Part shown: in pieces, positions 11,858 through 24,149 of the stretch
Layout: each line of letters starts with the position of its first letter
How positions within the stretch are numbered: position 1 is the stretch's first letter
Assembly: GCF_001194135.2 (NCBI RefSeq)
Contig: NC_068981.1
Location: 91,377,414 to 91,421,206 of the forward strand
Length of the DNA: 43,793 nt
Reading direction: 5' to 3'
Source: Octopus bimaculoides
Taxonomy: Eukaryota
Translations under genes and position numbers: made by a program
The notes under the pieces: model-generated
What the model was told of the DNA's origin: nothing
The model's input: only the letters and a program-made list of their open reading frames with translations
The model's database searches: none

Positions 11858-12039
11858 TTGTATCGCAAATATGGCCCACCGTAACCGATACGGAACATAA
11901 AATCAAGAAGAAAATATATAGTATTTGAACTTGAAAAGTATTCAATTTCTAGCGGAAGCACCTCACTAAGAATGAAGTAATTGAATGAAGTAATAAGCAT
12001 TCTAGAATCATCATGTTTGCTACTGAAATGGAACCATCC

Positions 12040-12310
12040 AACATTAATTTTTCAAACCAATATCCCAAAAATCTTCAGAATTTCTGGCCTCTAAACAACT
12101 TGTTGACAACACACAAAACACTTTTATACCTTCAGAAAAATAACCTGTCCGCTTACCTTGAGAGCAATGATATATTGCCTATCCAACCACAGTATCGAAA
12201 CGCTGCCGGAAAAAAGATAGATAGCTATAACTAGCAGATCCTGTTAATCACGAAGAAGAAACCATTAATAAAAATAATACAAGCCATAGCATAACCTAGA
12301 TTGACGACTG
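12040..12310 (+). mobile_element. highly decayed non-LTR RT relic, possibly R4/Dong-like
   Basis: PKNLQNFWPLNNLLTTHKTL..YLESNDILPIQ resembles PKNYRPITCLPTTYKIL..HLEENDILP.EQ. The following QILLI..SIT*ID resembles DQLLI..SIAWID. Confidence 0.45.
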
Positions 12311-12870
12311 TTTTATCAAATATCTACTGCTTTTTGGCATTTTCTTAAGTAGCATCAAAACTCCTACTCCGTTTTATCAATTGCAAGACACGGTTAAAGT
12401 AATTTCTGGTATTTAATAGGTCTTCTCTCTTTATGATATTCTTTCGCACACACACTCAAAAGCATTTAGTATTTCAAATGTCAAGACTGGATTCCCGCAG
12501 AGCTTTGTGCCTTCCGCTGCGAATCGTTCATCGATTAAATTGTTCAGTATTTTCAGTCTGTTGATCCAATTTAACAACTCGGTAAAGTGAGACTGAAAAG
12601 CCATATTCATCTGCATGAAATTGAATAGCATGTGCCTGCTGCGATACAACGAAATGCACATTTGTTTCTACTCATCACCACTAACAAATAGGTTAATCAA
12701 TCAAATTTCATCAATCCCTTCTAAATACTCGGAAATCAATTAGATTTCATCATTCGCTTCTAAGTACGCAGGCTTTTCATTGGATAAGGCAATTTTCACA
12801 TATAAGAAACGGTTGCAGCATACTCATTCCATGAGCATTAAATACTGATTCGACAAATGATTATTTAAAG

Positions 12871-13116
12871 ACGTAGTTCTCAACCGGGGTCCATATGGCC
12901 CTTGGGCGTCCATATAAGACTTGGTTGTTAAAATTTATGTGCAATAAATTAGCTATACTTCTACAATACACAAAATATTTCAAGTATTTTATGCAATTCC
13001 TAATATATGAATATAAAATATAAAATGTCTTAAACATTGAACGGTAATGAGAGCCCAAGAGAGTAAAATAGGAATCAAAAATGTCCACAGGTAAAAAAAA
13101 TGGTTGCGAACCACTT
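12871..13116. mobile_element. hAT (Charlie-like) MITE, 246 bp
   Basis: 15-bp TIRs ACGTAGTTCTCAACC and GGTTGCGAACCACTT resemble CAGTGGTTCTCAACC. The 8-bp TSD is ATTTAAAG (12863-12870) / ATTTAGAG (13117-13124). Confidence 0.88.
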
Positions 13117-13432
13117 ATTTAGAGTCTAATTAAAATGTCCTCCTGTCTATTATGGTAGATAGTAAAACGAAATGATTGTCTTCTCTATATTACAACAAAA
13201 TATTGCTGCTGTCATGACAATCGTCCATGATATATTGTATTTAGAATCATTGTTCTTAAGCCAAATTGTTTCCAATTTTTGTTAAGTTTTCAGTACTATC
13301 AAGATCGCGAACTCGTATTTTTTATGAACTCAGTGACCCTGTGCAATGTTTCTGGCTACCTGTTTAGGGTTTATGTTGCTCCTTCTTCTGTTATTACTTC
13401 TCTTGCTTCCTTCCTATCCTTATGTTATCCCT

Positions 13433-13816
13433 GTGGAGACGCAATGGCCCAGTTGTTAGGGCAGCGGACTCGCGGTCATAGGATCGCGGTTTCGATTCCC
13501 AGACCGGGCATTGTGAGTGTTTATTGAGCGAAAAAACACCTAAAGCTCCACGAGGCTCCGGCAGGGGATTGTGGCGAACCCTGCTGTACTCTTTCACCAC
13601 AATTTACTCTCACTCTTACTTCCTGTTTCTGTTGTGCCTGTAATTCAAAGGGTCAGCCTTGTCACACTGTGTCATGCTGAATATCCCCGAGAACTAAGGG
13701 TACAAGTGTCTGTGGAGTGCTAAGCCACTTGCACGTTAATTTCACGAGCAGGCTGTTCCGTTTATCGGATCAACTGGAACCCTCGACGTCTTAAGCGACG
13801 GAGTGCTAACAACAAC
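13433..13816 (+). mobile_element. full-length tRNA-derived SINE (family D here) with (AAC)n tail
   Basis: A-box-like TGGCCCAGTTG and B-box GGTTTCGATTCC are present, and the tail is CTAACAACAAC. The ~12-bp TSD is TATGTTATCCCT (13421-13432) / TATTTTATCCCT (13818-13829). Confidence 0.9.
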
Positions 13817-14534
13817 CTATTTTATCCCTACCAGTCAGTATCTCTAACACTCACTGACATCTGTGAAACTTTAATATTACAGAAGTTTCCGTACTTTGAG
13901 ATCGCTTTCTCGAATTAGACTCGATCAAATGGACTATATCTAGTTTAACTTCGTCTCTAGACTATGTTTTCGAGGATTACAAAGACAATGTAGTGCCTAT
14001 AGGTGGTTCATAATTTTGTTTGGTAGCGAGTACACTTCGATGGTTTTTTTTTATATGGGAAGATAAATTCATTATTATTATGTTTTTGCCTTTGTTTTGT
14101 CGATGTGGTCACCATTGTATTATGCTTATTTTGTTGATATTGTTATTGCTGTTATTATGGTAATGGTAAGTGCCATTTTGGGTACACTGCTTTAGAAGCG
14201 GATAGAAATTCCATACATGGTTTGAACAGGCGAGGAAAACTTTTCTGTTTCTTCTGCCTTGTAACATTAGCTACATCAGATGCAAGCCTTCAATTAGAAG
14301 CTGGCCTTGAGATTTAAAATATCTTAGCGTGTGATTAAGAACTGAATCTCCATCCAAGTTCTCAATTATTACTCGGGGAAAGAACACCTGGAATCCATTA
14401 TCCACCACCTACGTTGTTCTCCTATCGTAATGAAAAGCAGGCTTCCATATCTGATGTTACATAAACAATTATGACATTTGAAGAAAAACGAGCGCTTAGA
14501 TTTGAATTAGGGTCTTTTTCTTTATTTATTCCAG

Positions 14535-14630
14535 CCTTTGAAACCAAGCTTTCTCTAGCTCAGTACTGTTTCATTCTCCTGGCTCGCCAAATAACTAAAC
14601 ACATTTTCCGGCACTTTTCTACTTAAGAAG
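14535..14630 (+). other. candidate 96-nt exon with strong splice signals, closed in all three frames
   Basis: Acceptor is tttttctttatttattccag and donor is AAG|gttagt. Confidence 0.25.
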
Positions 14631-15040
14631 GTTAGTTATTTACTTATAAATGAAAGTGTTTCAGTCAGTTTGATTGTTTGGCCTCTGGAAGCAGTATTAA
14701 CCCCAAGTTCTGATTATATAATCCTTAATTTGCGTAATATGCTCACTTTCTAAATAGAACGTGTGTTCAGCCTGGTGTTGGTGGCTCTTGCAAATTAGTT
14801 ACATTCCTTAGTATTACATTTGCTTTCGTAATTGTTGTTATTGATAATGAAATGAAATTTTTATTGTTGTTGTTGTTTGTGATGTTGTAATTCGCGTCGT
14901 TGCTTTTGATGCTAATGTTACGTATTTCACTCGACATATCACTGACATTCTCTGCAAGTTCTACTTTTTCTATCTTTCGCTCGATATTGTTTTTGCCTCT
15001 GTCATTATCGTGACTGTTGCTGGAACTGCTTCTGCTGTTA

Positions 15041-15163
15041 CTTTGCCTTTCATCTTTTCGGGGTCGATAAATTAAGTACCAGGAGCGCACTGGGGTCGAT
15101 CTAATCGACTGGACCCCTCCCACCAAAATTCGGGCCTTGTACCTAGAATAGAAAAGGATATTA
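15041..15163 (+). mobile_element. 5'-truncated SINE family A
   Basis: Reads CTTTGCCTTTCATCTTTTCGGGGTCGATAAATTAAGTACC..GGGCCTTGTACCTAGAATAGAAAAG. Confidence 0.9.
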
Positions 15164-15681
15164 CCATCATCATTGTAGCTTCTAACGGCGCCGTTTTAAA
15201 CCTTCACTGATGTGTTTGTACTATAGTCTTACTTATTTTATCAGAATAAAAACTATACTAGATTTCTGAAAAAAATCCTCGGAAATGTCATTTTCGCCTT
15301 GGCAAATCTTTTCAGATCAGCTGATAGTTTTACCGTTTACGCTTTTGTATCTGTCGCGATGGATTACCAATTTTCATAATTTCCCAAACGTCAAGATTCC
15401 TGATATTTAAAAAAAAACATAATTTGTTTGTCGCTCATTACAACTGGTGAAAGAATAGTAAGTCTGTCCTATCTAATCACGGAAATACTGACTGTGTTTT
15501 TTTGCGTCTGTTTTTTTCGTGAATATCAAACAGTATTAACATTAGAATTTCCAACATTTGCTTGTTAAAATAATGAATGACGTAGTGAGCCGATGTTACA
15601 TCCTGATTATAACGGAGATAACAACACAACGGCAATAACAACAATATTACTGTTTTTGTTTTTGATGCTATTGTTGTTGTT

Positions 15682-16254
15682 GTTGCTATTATTATTATTC
15701 AGTAGTTTTATTTTTATAACGTGCTTTCACTTCACTACCGAGCGCAGCTCTGTGCGCCTTGGGTATGTGCTGTGGTTTGCTGTGGTGCTCTTATGTTTAC
15801 TGTATTGAAAGTGTTTTGCGTAGAATGTGTGCAGTACCCAGTAGTGCAATTTTCTGTATGTTATATATATTTGTAAGTCCTGGTGTTTTTGTTATGTATT
15901 TGTCTGAATATTTTTTTATTATACCTAATGCACCTACTATGATAGGAATTGTTTCTGTTTTTAGATTCCACATTCGAGTTATCTCTATTTCCAGGTCTTT
16001 GTATTTTGAAAGTTTTTCCATTTCTTTTAGAGAAACGTTGTCATCTGCTGGTATTGATACATCAATTAGAAAGCATTTTTTTCTTCATGATCTCTGGCCT
16101 ATTATCCTTAATTTCTCTATCTGTGTGTATTGGCATATCCCAGAGTATGGTTGCTTTCTCGTTTTCTGTGACATTTCCTATACCATGTTTTTTCTGTTGT
16201 TATTCCATAGTGTTGGCATAGCTTCCAGTGTTTGTAGGTCCCAGCTCTGTCGTA
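15682..16254 (-). mobile_element. R4/Dong-clade non-LTR 3' end (RLE domain + 3'UTR), copy 1
   Basis: Encodes ATILWDMPIHTDREIK.NRP..CFLIDVSIPADDN..KEMEKLSKYKDLEIEITRMWNLKTETIPIIVGALG. The 3' end abuts (AAT)4 at 15688-15699. Confidence 0.9.
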
Positions 16255-16315
16255 NNNNNNNNNNNNNNNNNNNNNNNNNNNNNNNNNNNNNNNNNNNNNN
16301 NNNNNNNNNNNNNNN

Positions 16316-16985
16316 GTTGCTATTATTATTATTCAGTAGTTTTATTTTTATAACGTGCTTTCACTTCACTACCGAGCGCAGCTCTGTGCGCCTTGGGTAT
16401 GTGCTGTGGTTTGCTGTGGTGCTCTTATGTTTACTGTATTGAAAGTGTTTTGCGTAGAATGTGTGCAGTACCCAGTAGTGCAATTTTCTGTATGTTATAT
16501 ATATTTGTAAGTCCTGGTGTTTTTGTTATGTATTTGTCTGAATATTTTTTTATTATACCTAATGCACCTACTATGATAGGAATTGTTTCTGTTTTTAGAT
16601 TCCACATTCGAGTTACCTCTATTTCCAGGTCTTTGTATTTTGAAAGTTTCTCCATTTCTTTTAGAGAAACGTTGTCATCTGCTGGTATTGATACATCAAT
16701 TAGAAAGCATTTTTTTCTTCATGATCTCTGGCCTATTATCCTTAATTTCTCTATCTGTGTGTATTGGCATATCCCAGAGTATGGTTGCTTTCTCGTTTTC
16801 TGTGACATTTCCTATACCATGTTTTTTCTGTTGTTATTCCATAGTGTTGGCATAGCTTCCAGTGTTTGTAGGTCCCAGCTCTGTCGTATCTGTGAATATA
16901 TTCGTTCTTAACCAGGACTGGGCTGCCAGAGATAATGTGATTTATTGTTTCTTGTCCATCGCCACATATTCTGCAGCTACCTTTA
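16316..16985 (-). mobile_element. R4/Dong-clade non-LTR 3' end, copy 2 (CCHC knuckle + RLE), 5'-truncated, frameshifted
   Basis: SCRICGDGQETINHIISGSPVL..EYIHRYDRAG..HWKLCQHYG (zinc knuckle with Cys->Ser) is followed by the RLE segment. It is near-identical to copy 1 at offset 634. Confidence 0.92.
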
Positions 16986-18400
16986 TTGCCACAGCTACGA
17001 AGCAAAGAAAGAGTTATCTCCCTTACTTCCCAGAGGATGTTGGCGCGTCGATTTATATTACACACCCAGCTAACACCGGGTTTCATGCTACGCTTGACAG
17101 CAGCTGTTCCACACAAGTCTACAAATCACTAGTGAACCGACACCGAATGATGTCGTGCAGGTTTTCGTACCCCTGCACTCATCTCGGACAGGTCTGGCGG
17201 TTGGTGCTCCCATGTGTGAAGAGCTTGTCTCCAACAGATAAAGCACCCTATCGGTAATACTGTCATGCAAAGGACTTTGAAGAATCGTCTATAGTTCCCA
17301 ATCTGGAACTCCTTCAGAAGAGACTATTCTACCCAGATTCTGAGCAATTTCACCGAGTGTTCAGTCCAACGACAGAAATTGCTACTAGTTAACATGGACT
17401 TGAGTCTCCAACTTGTCCCGGTTTGTATATGGACCTATATATTACTGTTATTTTCTCCGTATAGTATGATAATTTCTGTATCCTAAGTATCCGAATGCAT
17501 GGCTGAGACGTCTTCTGCGTATACAGGTTCCGATCAAACTTTCTATCCGCTGCCGTAAAGGTCCCAGAACCACATTACAAAAGAGAGGGAAAATACTGAG
17601 GGAACCTAGTTTCAGAGAGACAGCTGTTTGATTTGACCACAGATTAGTTGCTTCTATCGATACACAACCTTGCCAAATGCTTTGGACTAGTACAAATTGA
17701 CCAGCGTCTCGCAAAATGCAGATCTATTTGACGTTCTATGATGGAGGTTGTCGTGGATAGACCTGCCGAGCATCGCTCATGTTTGCACATCTCCTACTAC
17801 AAAACTAATAGGTGCCAGCCACCTTTGCTGAAATCTTTTACTCTGTGTTTAGCAAAATCATGAATCTGAAATTTCCAGTCCCACCTTTTTGTACAGATTC
17901 TTCTTCAGCAGTGTCAACATGTCCCCCATTGGATGGACCGGGAATGCCCCTAGTATCTTGTCAGCTGCAGTAGACATTTGACGAAACAAGAGCGGGAAAA
18001 TCAAGCACGTGGAAGTAGAGGTTATAGTGAAGCTAATTCAATCCTCTCATTTTACCTTGCACACAACAGCTGTGACATTTGTTAGTCTATCAGCTGTAAT
18101 CGGCTTCTCGCACAGCTCAAGCTCTCTGTCCGATAGCCGCTGCAAGCTGTCGAGATAGACGCGAAATGCTACTGTATCAAGTTCACTGCTTCCCGAAATC
18201 AGTTCAGCGAGCGAGGTGCTGTCGATATAACAACGTTCTCTATTGTTTAGAATCACAAATTACACGCCCGTCGTGCTTCGCCATGAACCAAATTCTTTCT
18301 TGCTGGACTGCATCCTTTTTTTACGCGCACCCAACAGACAATTTCTGTTGCTTCACGTTTGGCATTTTACATGATTTATTTAGATGTTGCTAATGCACCA
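16986..18400 (-). mobile_element. decayed Tx1/L1-clade LINE ORF2
   Basis: Frame-broken peptides include AFRVYLDSLQRLSDRELELCEKPITA, VLTLLKKN, GRSIHDNLH, LVNLY*SKAFGKV and LSIFPLFCNVVLGPLRQRI. It is the same family as 1-203. Confidence 0.82.
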
Positions 18401-19041
18401 CCCTAACCGTTCTATTTCATTGGCCATCTTTAAAATTTTTTAAAATAATTATGTAAATGGGAGGAAAATACTTATCCGTAGAAGCAAGGCTAAGTTTGTA
18501 GAGTTGACCTATTGACGTAATGAATATTTCTTAGGAAATATATGTTAAACATGTCCTTCCTTTTTTATTTATTTATTTTTTTTAAACGACACAATTTTCT
18601 TCCCGCACTTTCATAATTGCAATTGCGCAAAATCAGTCAAATTTATAATAATAAAAATAACTTAATTATTATTCCTATATTTTTAACATTATATCTTGTG
18701 TGTCATGCATTGTCAATGTAGTGAAAAATTAACATAAAATAAAAGGTTACAAAACTACTTTAAATACGCCGGCGAGATAGATGTTAATATGTAACTATTT
18801 TTGTGAGAAATAAATAAGTGTAAACAAGATAAATTGTCAAATAGAGAATATAAGAATATCCGCCTTTTACCAAGTGTGCGTAAGACATTCGGTCTCTTAG
18901 GTATGATATAAAGTGTTTGAGATTTATGCATAAACCACAAAGGAAAACTGAAATGTTGATGAATTTCTCATATATAGAAATGTCAGTGGATAGAATGCAA
19001 ATGACTAATATGAGACGTTAACAAGTAGATTTATATTTTCG

Positions 19042-19403
19042 TTTCTTTCTTTCAGTCATTAGGCTGTAGCTATACTGGCGCATCGCCTTGGGGTATTTAA
19101 GTCGAATTAATCAACCTCAGTACTTCTTTTAAGACTGGTACTTTTTCTCTTGATCAATTTTGCCGAAACGCTAAGTTATGAGGACGTAAACACAGCAACA
19201 CCTGATGTCAAGCGGTAGTCCAGCGATGAAGATACACGCACAACGGGCTTGTTTCAATTTCCGGGCATCAAATCCACTCACAAAGCTTTGGTTGGGCCAA
19301 AGCTATAGTAGAAGTCACATGCCCAAGGTTCCACGCAGTCGGACTGAATCCGGAACCATGTGGCTGGGAAGCAAACTTCTTCAAAAATAGCCTCACCGGC
19401 GCC
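19042..19403 (-). mobile_element. octopus-type tRNA-derived SINE (family B here)
   Basis: Reverse-complement homologue of 20004-20424 (GGTTCCGGATTCAG..CCTTGGGCATGTG..CTATAGC). Confidence 0.85.
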
Positions 19404-19445
19404 TGTGTCAGTTAAAAGTTTTGAAAGCTGCAGTAAAACTTAGAT

Positions 19446-19877
19446 TCAAATTGAAAACGTGTAATCCGTAGAATTATTACAACTAATGTCAGAATATCCC
19501 TTGACCAACAAGAGTCCAATATCAAGCTGCATTGAGTTCGCAAATATTGTAAAGGACCACGTTTTTAGTTCCATCCTTTCAGTGGCGCTAATGAAAGCAC
19601 CAATAATGTGGCTGTGATAGCGCTTATTAGTAGCACAAGTGATTCGATAACTTTCAACGACATAATGGACACCAAACTCGATTATTACGAAATAACAGTA
19701 CGCAATAATCATATAGATCTTAACATCGTCAGTCATTAAAACGTTGACAATCATATACACAAAATATAAATACAAACTATAAATATTTAGAAATACTTCC
19801 TTATACGCAATCGATAAAAAAAAAATCTTTCCGGGGTATTGTTGAAGAGAATCGACAAAATAGCCAATTTGTTGCAC
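19446..19877 (-). other. 143-codon hydrophobic open frame in non-repetitive AT-rich DNA, identity unknown
   Basis: Taken from the ORF track. It starts at GTG, contains no gap or microsatellite, and shows no recognisable motif. Confidence 0.2.
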
Positions 19878-20003
19878 TTATAAAACTGCGGAACAATTCT
19901 CCTGCAAGCGTTTCATTGACTGTTTTATGATCAAGTGTCAGAACTCTGACCAGCGTATTGAAAGGATGACCTGGATATTCATTTTGGAATGTTTCCTACA
20001 ATA

Positions 20004-20424
20004 GGCGCAGAAGTGGCTGTGTGGTAAGTAGCTTGCTTACCAACCACATGGTTCCGGGTTCATTCCCACTGCGTGGCACCTTGGGCAAGTGTCTTCTACT
20101 ATAGCCTCCGGCCGACCAAAGCTTTGTGATTGGATTTGGTAGACGGAAACTGAAAGAAGCCCGCCGTATATATGTATATATATATATGTGTATGTGTGTG
20201 TATATGTTTGTGTATCTGTGTTTGTCCCCCCAACATCGCTTGACAACCGATAGAGGTGTGTTTATGTCCCCGTAACTTAGCGGTTCGGCAAAAAAGACCG
20301 ACAGAATAAGTACTAGACATCCAAAGAATAAGTCATGGGGTCGATTTGCTCGACTAAAGGTGGTGCTCCAGCATGGCCGCAGTCAAATGCCTGAAACAAG
20401 TAAAAGAGTAAAAGAGTAAAAGAG
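20004..20424 (+). mobile_element. full-length SINE family B with internal (TA/TG) microsatellite and (GTAAAAGA)n tail
   Basis: A-box-like TGGCTGTGTGG, B-box-like GGTTCATTCCC and CORE-like CCTTGGGCAAGT are present. A possible 6-bp TSD TACAAT occurs at 19997-20002 and 20425-20430. Confidence 0.93.
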
Positions 20425-21606
20425 TACAATGAAAATCATGAACTAGGAATTTTTCGCACTATCGTTTAATTACTGAATTCAATATTAAGCAAGAACCACC
20501 CAAAAGAGTTTTGGTATTACGGTAGTTAACTAAGCAACGGTTATGTTACTCATATCCTGTTACTTGCACAAATTTATTTCATGTCAACTATATTTTTAAC
20601 TCATAGGATTCATTACGTGTATTTTTAGGTAGTTGAAAGCAGTAGTAATTGTTCACTATGCTAATGTTCCAAAGCTTTCTAAATTTAATCATTTTTTCTC
20701 TACCAAGTGTTTAGATCAAATTCTGAATCAAGATCATATTACAATCAGAGATACTACTTTAATTCTATCGCCGCATTTCCAAAGTAGACCGTAACAAGAA
20801 TAATTGTATAGATTAATCTTTGTCAAAATTAACAGAATATATTATACAGATTCCAATAGAGAGACAATAAGAACATGCTTAAAAAGAACCGAAAGAACTG
20901 ATCTCAATAAAACATCTGCTGTAGTGATAAATTGGATGACAGTAGAAAAGGAATCAATGTTGAAAGCATCAGAATACATGTGGCTTGAGTAAAGTGACAT
21001 TGAGAAATTGGACAGAAACTGAAGCGTGCAATTTATCGATCCGAATTTATGCTACGAATAAAAGATGTAGCATAGTAAACTTTAGAAAATATTTATCAAG
21101 CCGTAACGATGTTAATATACACAAAAATTTAAGATGTGAATGCTAGTTATATATCCTTTAAATTTATTTAATACATTTTATCGAAACAAAAGCACAAATG
21201 CGTGAGCGGCAATGAATATACAATTGAACAGAGGCATACTGAAGAAAAATGAATAAATAACAAGGGATTATTCATATGGATCAAAATAGTGATAATCAAG
21301 AAGAAATTCAAATATGTTTTTCAGTTACGATTTACGCATGAAAAATGAAAAGTTCGGGAAAAAGATGCTCGTAAATCATTAGTAAATACATATTCGTATA
21401 CATCTGTATGGAAACAAAAACAGAACGAGTGATATATATNNNNNNNNNNNNNNNNNNNNNNNNNNNNNNNNNNNNNNNNNNNNNNNNNNNNNNNNNNNNN
21501 NNNNNNNNNNNNNNNNNNNNNNNNNNNNNNNNNNNNNNNNNNNNNNNNNNNNNNNNNNNNNNNNNNNNNNNNNNNNNNNNNNNNNNNNNNNNNNNNNNNN
21601 NNNNNN

Positions 21607-21618
21607 TGTGTGTGTGTT

Positions 21619-21656
<38 letters not shown>

Positions 21657-22030
21657 AGTGTGTGGGTCAGCGCGTGTGTGTACATACACATGTATGAATA
21701 TATGTATGTTTGTATGCTTTCATGTGTGAGTATGCATGTATGTATGTGTGTACATTTGTATGGATGTGTATCTCCATATGTGTTGTCGTGTGTCTCCATA
21801 TGTGTCCTTGTGTGAAGTGAAATGAAGTGTGTGTGTATATATAGTCATGTATTTCAGTCTTCGTTTGTGCATGTGTGTGTATGTGTGCTTGTCTGTTTAT
21901 ATAACCTATGTACCTATCCGACTGCATGTCCGTGTGTTTACATTGATATTCATATGCTTACATAAATGTGCATATACATATACAGATATACGCCCACCCA
22001 CACTCACACATACATACATCTATCTACATA
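21607..22030. repeat. TG/CA-rich low-complexity tract
   Basis: Direct reading. Confidence 0.85.
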
Positions 22031-22089
22031 ACAGCCAACTAACTATTCTACTCTACCTGTGGGTATGGGTTATGATGTCGACTATGTAT

Positions 22090-22990
22090 ATTTCCTATTT
22101 AGTACTGGAGATGTTTCTATTTATGAGGTCGTACACCTGTATTTATCTGAGTGTTTGGTCCTTTGGGTGTTTGGATAAAATGCGGATGTCAAGTGCCTCA
22201 GATTGCCTCGATATTGGTCCTGGGCATGTTGGTAAAGTATGGAGGTCTATTTTGTGTCATCATGTAATCTCAAATGTTCATTTAATTGTTCCGCAATTCT
22301 ACTAGATGTCTCCCCTATGTATGTCACGTTCCTATCTTTACAAGCACCTTCTATGCTGTAAGCTACATTTCTAGTTCTAAAGATAATGCCCGGGATAATC
22401 CTACATACCATGCAGTTATCATTGGTGCATATGGTATTCTCAAAGGAGTACTTCCTACATAGTTGTGATCTGACAGATTTCCCTGGATTTTCAACAGTCT
22501 TAATGTTGAGTTTGGTCTCCTTCAGAGTTTTCGTAAATCTACGGGCTAGTTCCCCATGGGCTGTGGCCCCTACAAACATCAATCTTTGATATTTGTCGGT
22601 TTCATGTTTACCCTGATTGCTTTGACACAAGTTTTTTGTATCCTATTCCAGTTTTGTTTCTATATATAAGGCAGGTACCACTGGTATTATTACATATAAT
22701 GTTATCTCACTTATTCTATCACCCCTGTATACTCGAACCCTATCTTTCTGATCATATCCAGAGAATTGCATGCGGTGCATGAAGTTCTGTATATGTTTCT
22801 TCGTTTCACAGGCTTTGTATCGTGGCTACACGTTGTTCACTATCCTAACTAAGTCTGCTATCAGTATGTTAATTTTCATGTCGTGTGACAAAGCTGCGTT
22901 CTTGTGAACAACATATTTCGAAGCTATGGATTTCATGTAATAGGAAGGGAAGAGCTGCACACTGTTGTTCCCAGTCTCTAACCAACGTTT
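22090..22990 (-). mobile_element. Penelope-like element relic: RT C-terminal region, Cys linker and C-terminal GIY-YIG endonuclease
   Basis: Encodes YYMKSIASKYVVHKNAALS..HRMQFSGY, then GELARRF..CTNDNCMVC..RNVAYSIE..TYIGETSSRIAEQLNEH (GIY-YIG), then LDIRILSKHPKD. Confidence 0.88.
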
Positions 22991-24149
22991 TGTATCAAGG
23001 ACGGGGAGTCTATTGTTGGGGTGCTTAGTGCGGTAATCTATAGTTACCTAGATAATTTGGTGGATGAAGTTAGCCACTTGCTGGATGCTATCTATTACGT
23101 TGCTCGCAGTTTCTACATTACCGTTACTACCCAGACACAAATGAATATGCTTCATCACACGAACTCACATGAAGAATCTTGCAGACCAAATCCAAAGCGA
23201 TATATATATATATATACATATATATAAAGAGAGAGAGAGAGAGTGTGTGTGAGATAGAGAGAGAGAGTGTATGAATGAGGAGAGGAGAGAGAAAGAGAGA
23301 CGGAAGATTAGCACATTTATGTTGGCATACTCGAAAAACGTTCTAAAATATATGGCGAGATATCATTCATAATAACATAGCGAATTTTTGGCGTTAACAT
23401 TTATATAAATGTAGATGAAATTGATGCAATAACACCATAGATTTCAAATAAATTACGACATTCTAAATAATTTACATCTAAAAATCCTGCACTGATATAA
23501 AGAAATTATGTATACAAGTGTTTTAGACAAATATTTGCCATTATCACTAATTGCTATCTACATTGGGCCACATACCGAGTCTGTAAGCTAACAACTCATA
23601 ATGTTTTCTTCCTATTCTGGTAGTAAAGAGACGTCTATTAACATTTCACCTTCTTTCATTGAAAGTAACTAAAACGTTGTTAACAATCATGTCAAAATTC
23701 AATTTACAGTATCATTATGTTTTCATGATGACGCCTACAATAAATCCAAACATAAATACAATACCACAACTTTCCTTGATATGGTAGTTTTACCCAATTG
23801 CTCAAACTTAGCACTTCATGTTATTATATTTTATTGGTTCCAGAAGGATGGGAAGCAAATATAATCTATGGCTAATTATCCCTCTGTAGCACACATACTC
23901 CACTGCTATTCCATCAGGAATAGTTATGCAGGTGTCTGGGACTATTCTTTTACAAATGACTCTCCACATCCCTACGCACATCAAGAACTCAATGTCTCCA
24001 CTCCTACAAGCGAGTAATAAATTACTGCGATGTCCCAGATGAGGAAAGAAACGAGGTCTACAACAACTTCAGAGCAATACAGCCATTGGCACTTACCGTG
24101 TACCTTCGATGACACTCAAATATTGTGCAGCAAGACTCACCAAACACAA

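Noticed and set aside
12157-12202. Well-signalled 46-nt minus-strand exon (ttttttccggcag|...AAG|gtaagc)
   Set aside because: It lies antisense within a probable RT relic and chains with no neighbour. Exonisation cannot be excluded without RNA data.
12465-12560. VKTGFPQSFVPSA resembling RT GVPQGS motif
   Set aside because: A single weak match whose clade is inconsistent with the upstream relic.
19609-19619. TATCACAGCCA (miR-2/13 5' end) on the minus strand, or an extended K-box on the plus strand
   Set aside because: The surrounding sequence gives only a short weak hairpin with the motif on the wrong arm for a miR-2 precursor. As a target site it needs an unproven 3' UTR, and the match was noticed post hoc.
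2798-20424. tRNA genes
   Set aside because: The A/B boxes all belong to SINE heads and lack a complete cloverleaf and acceptor stem.
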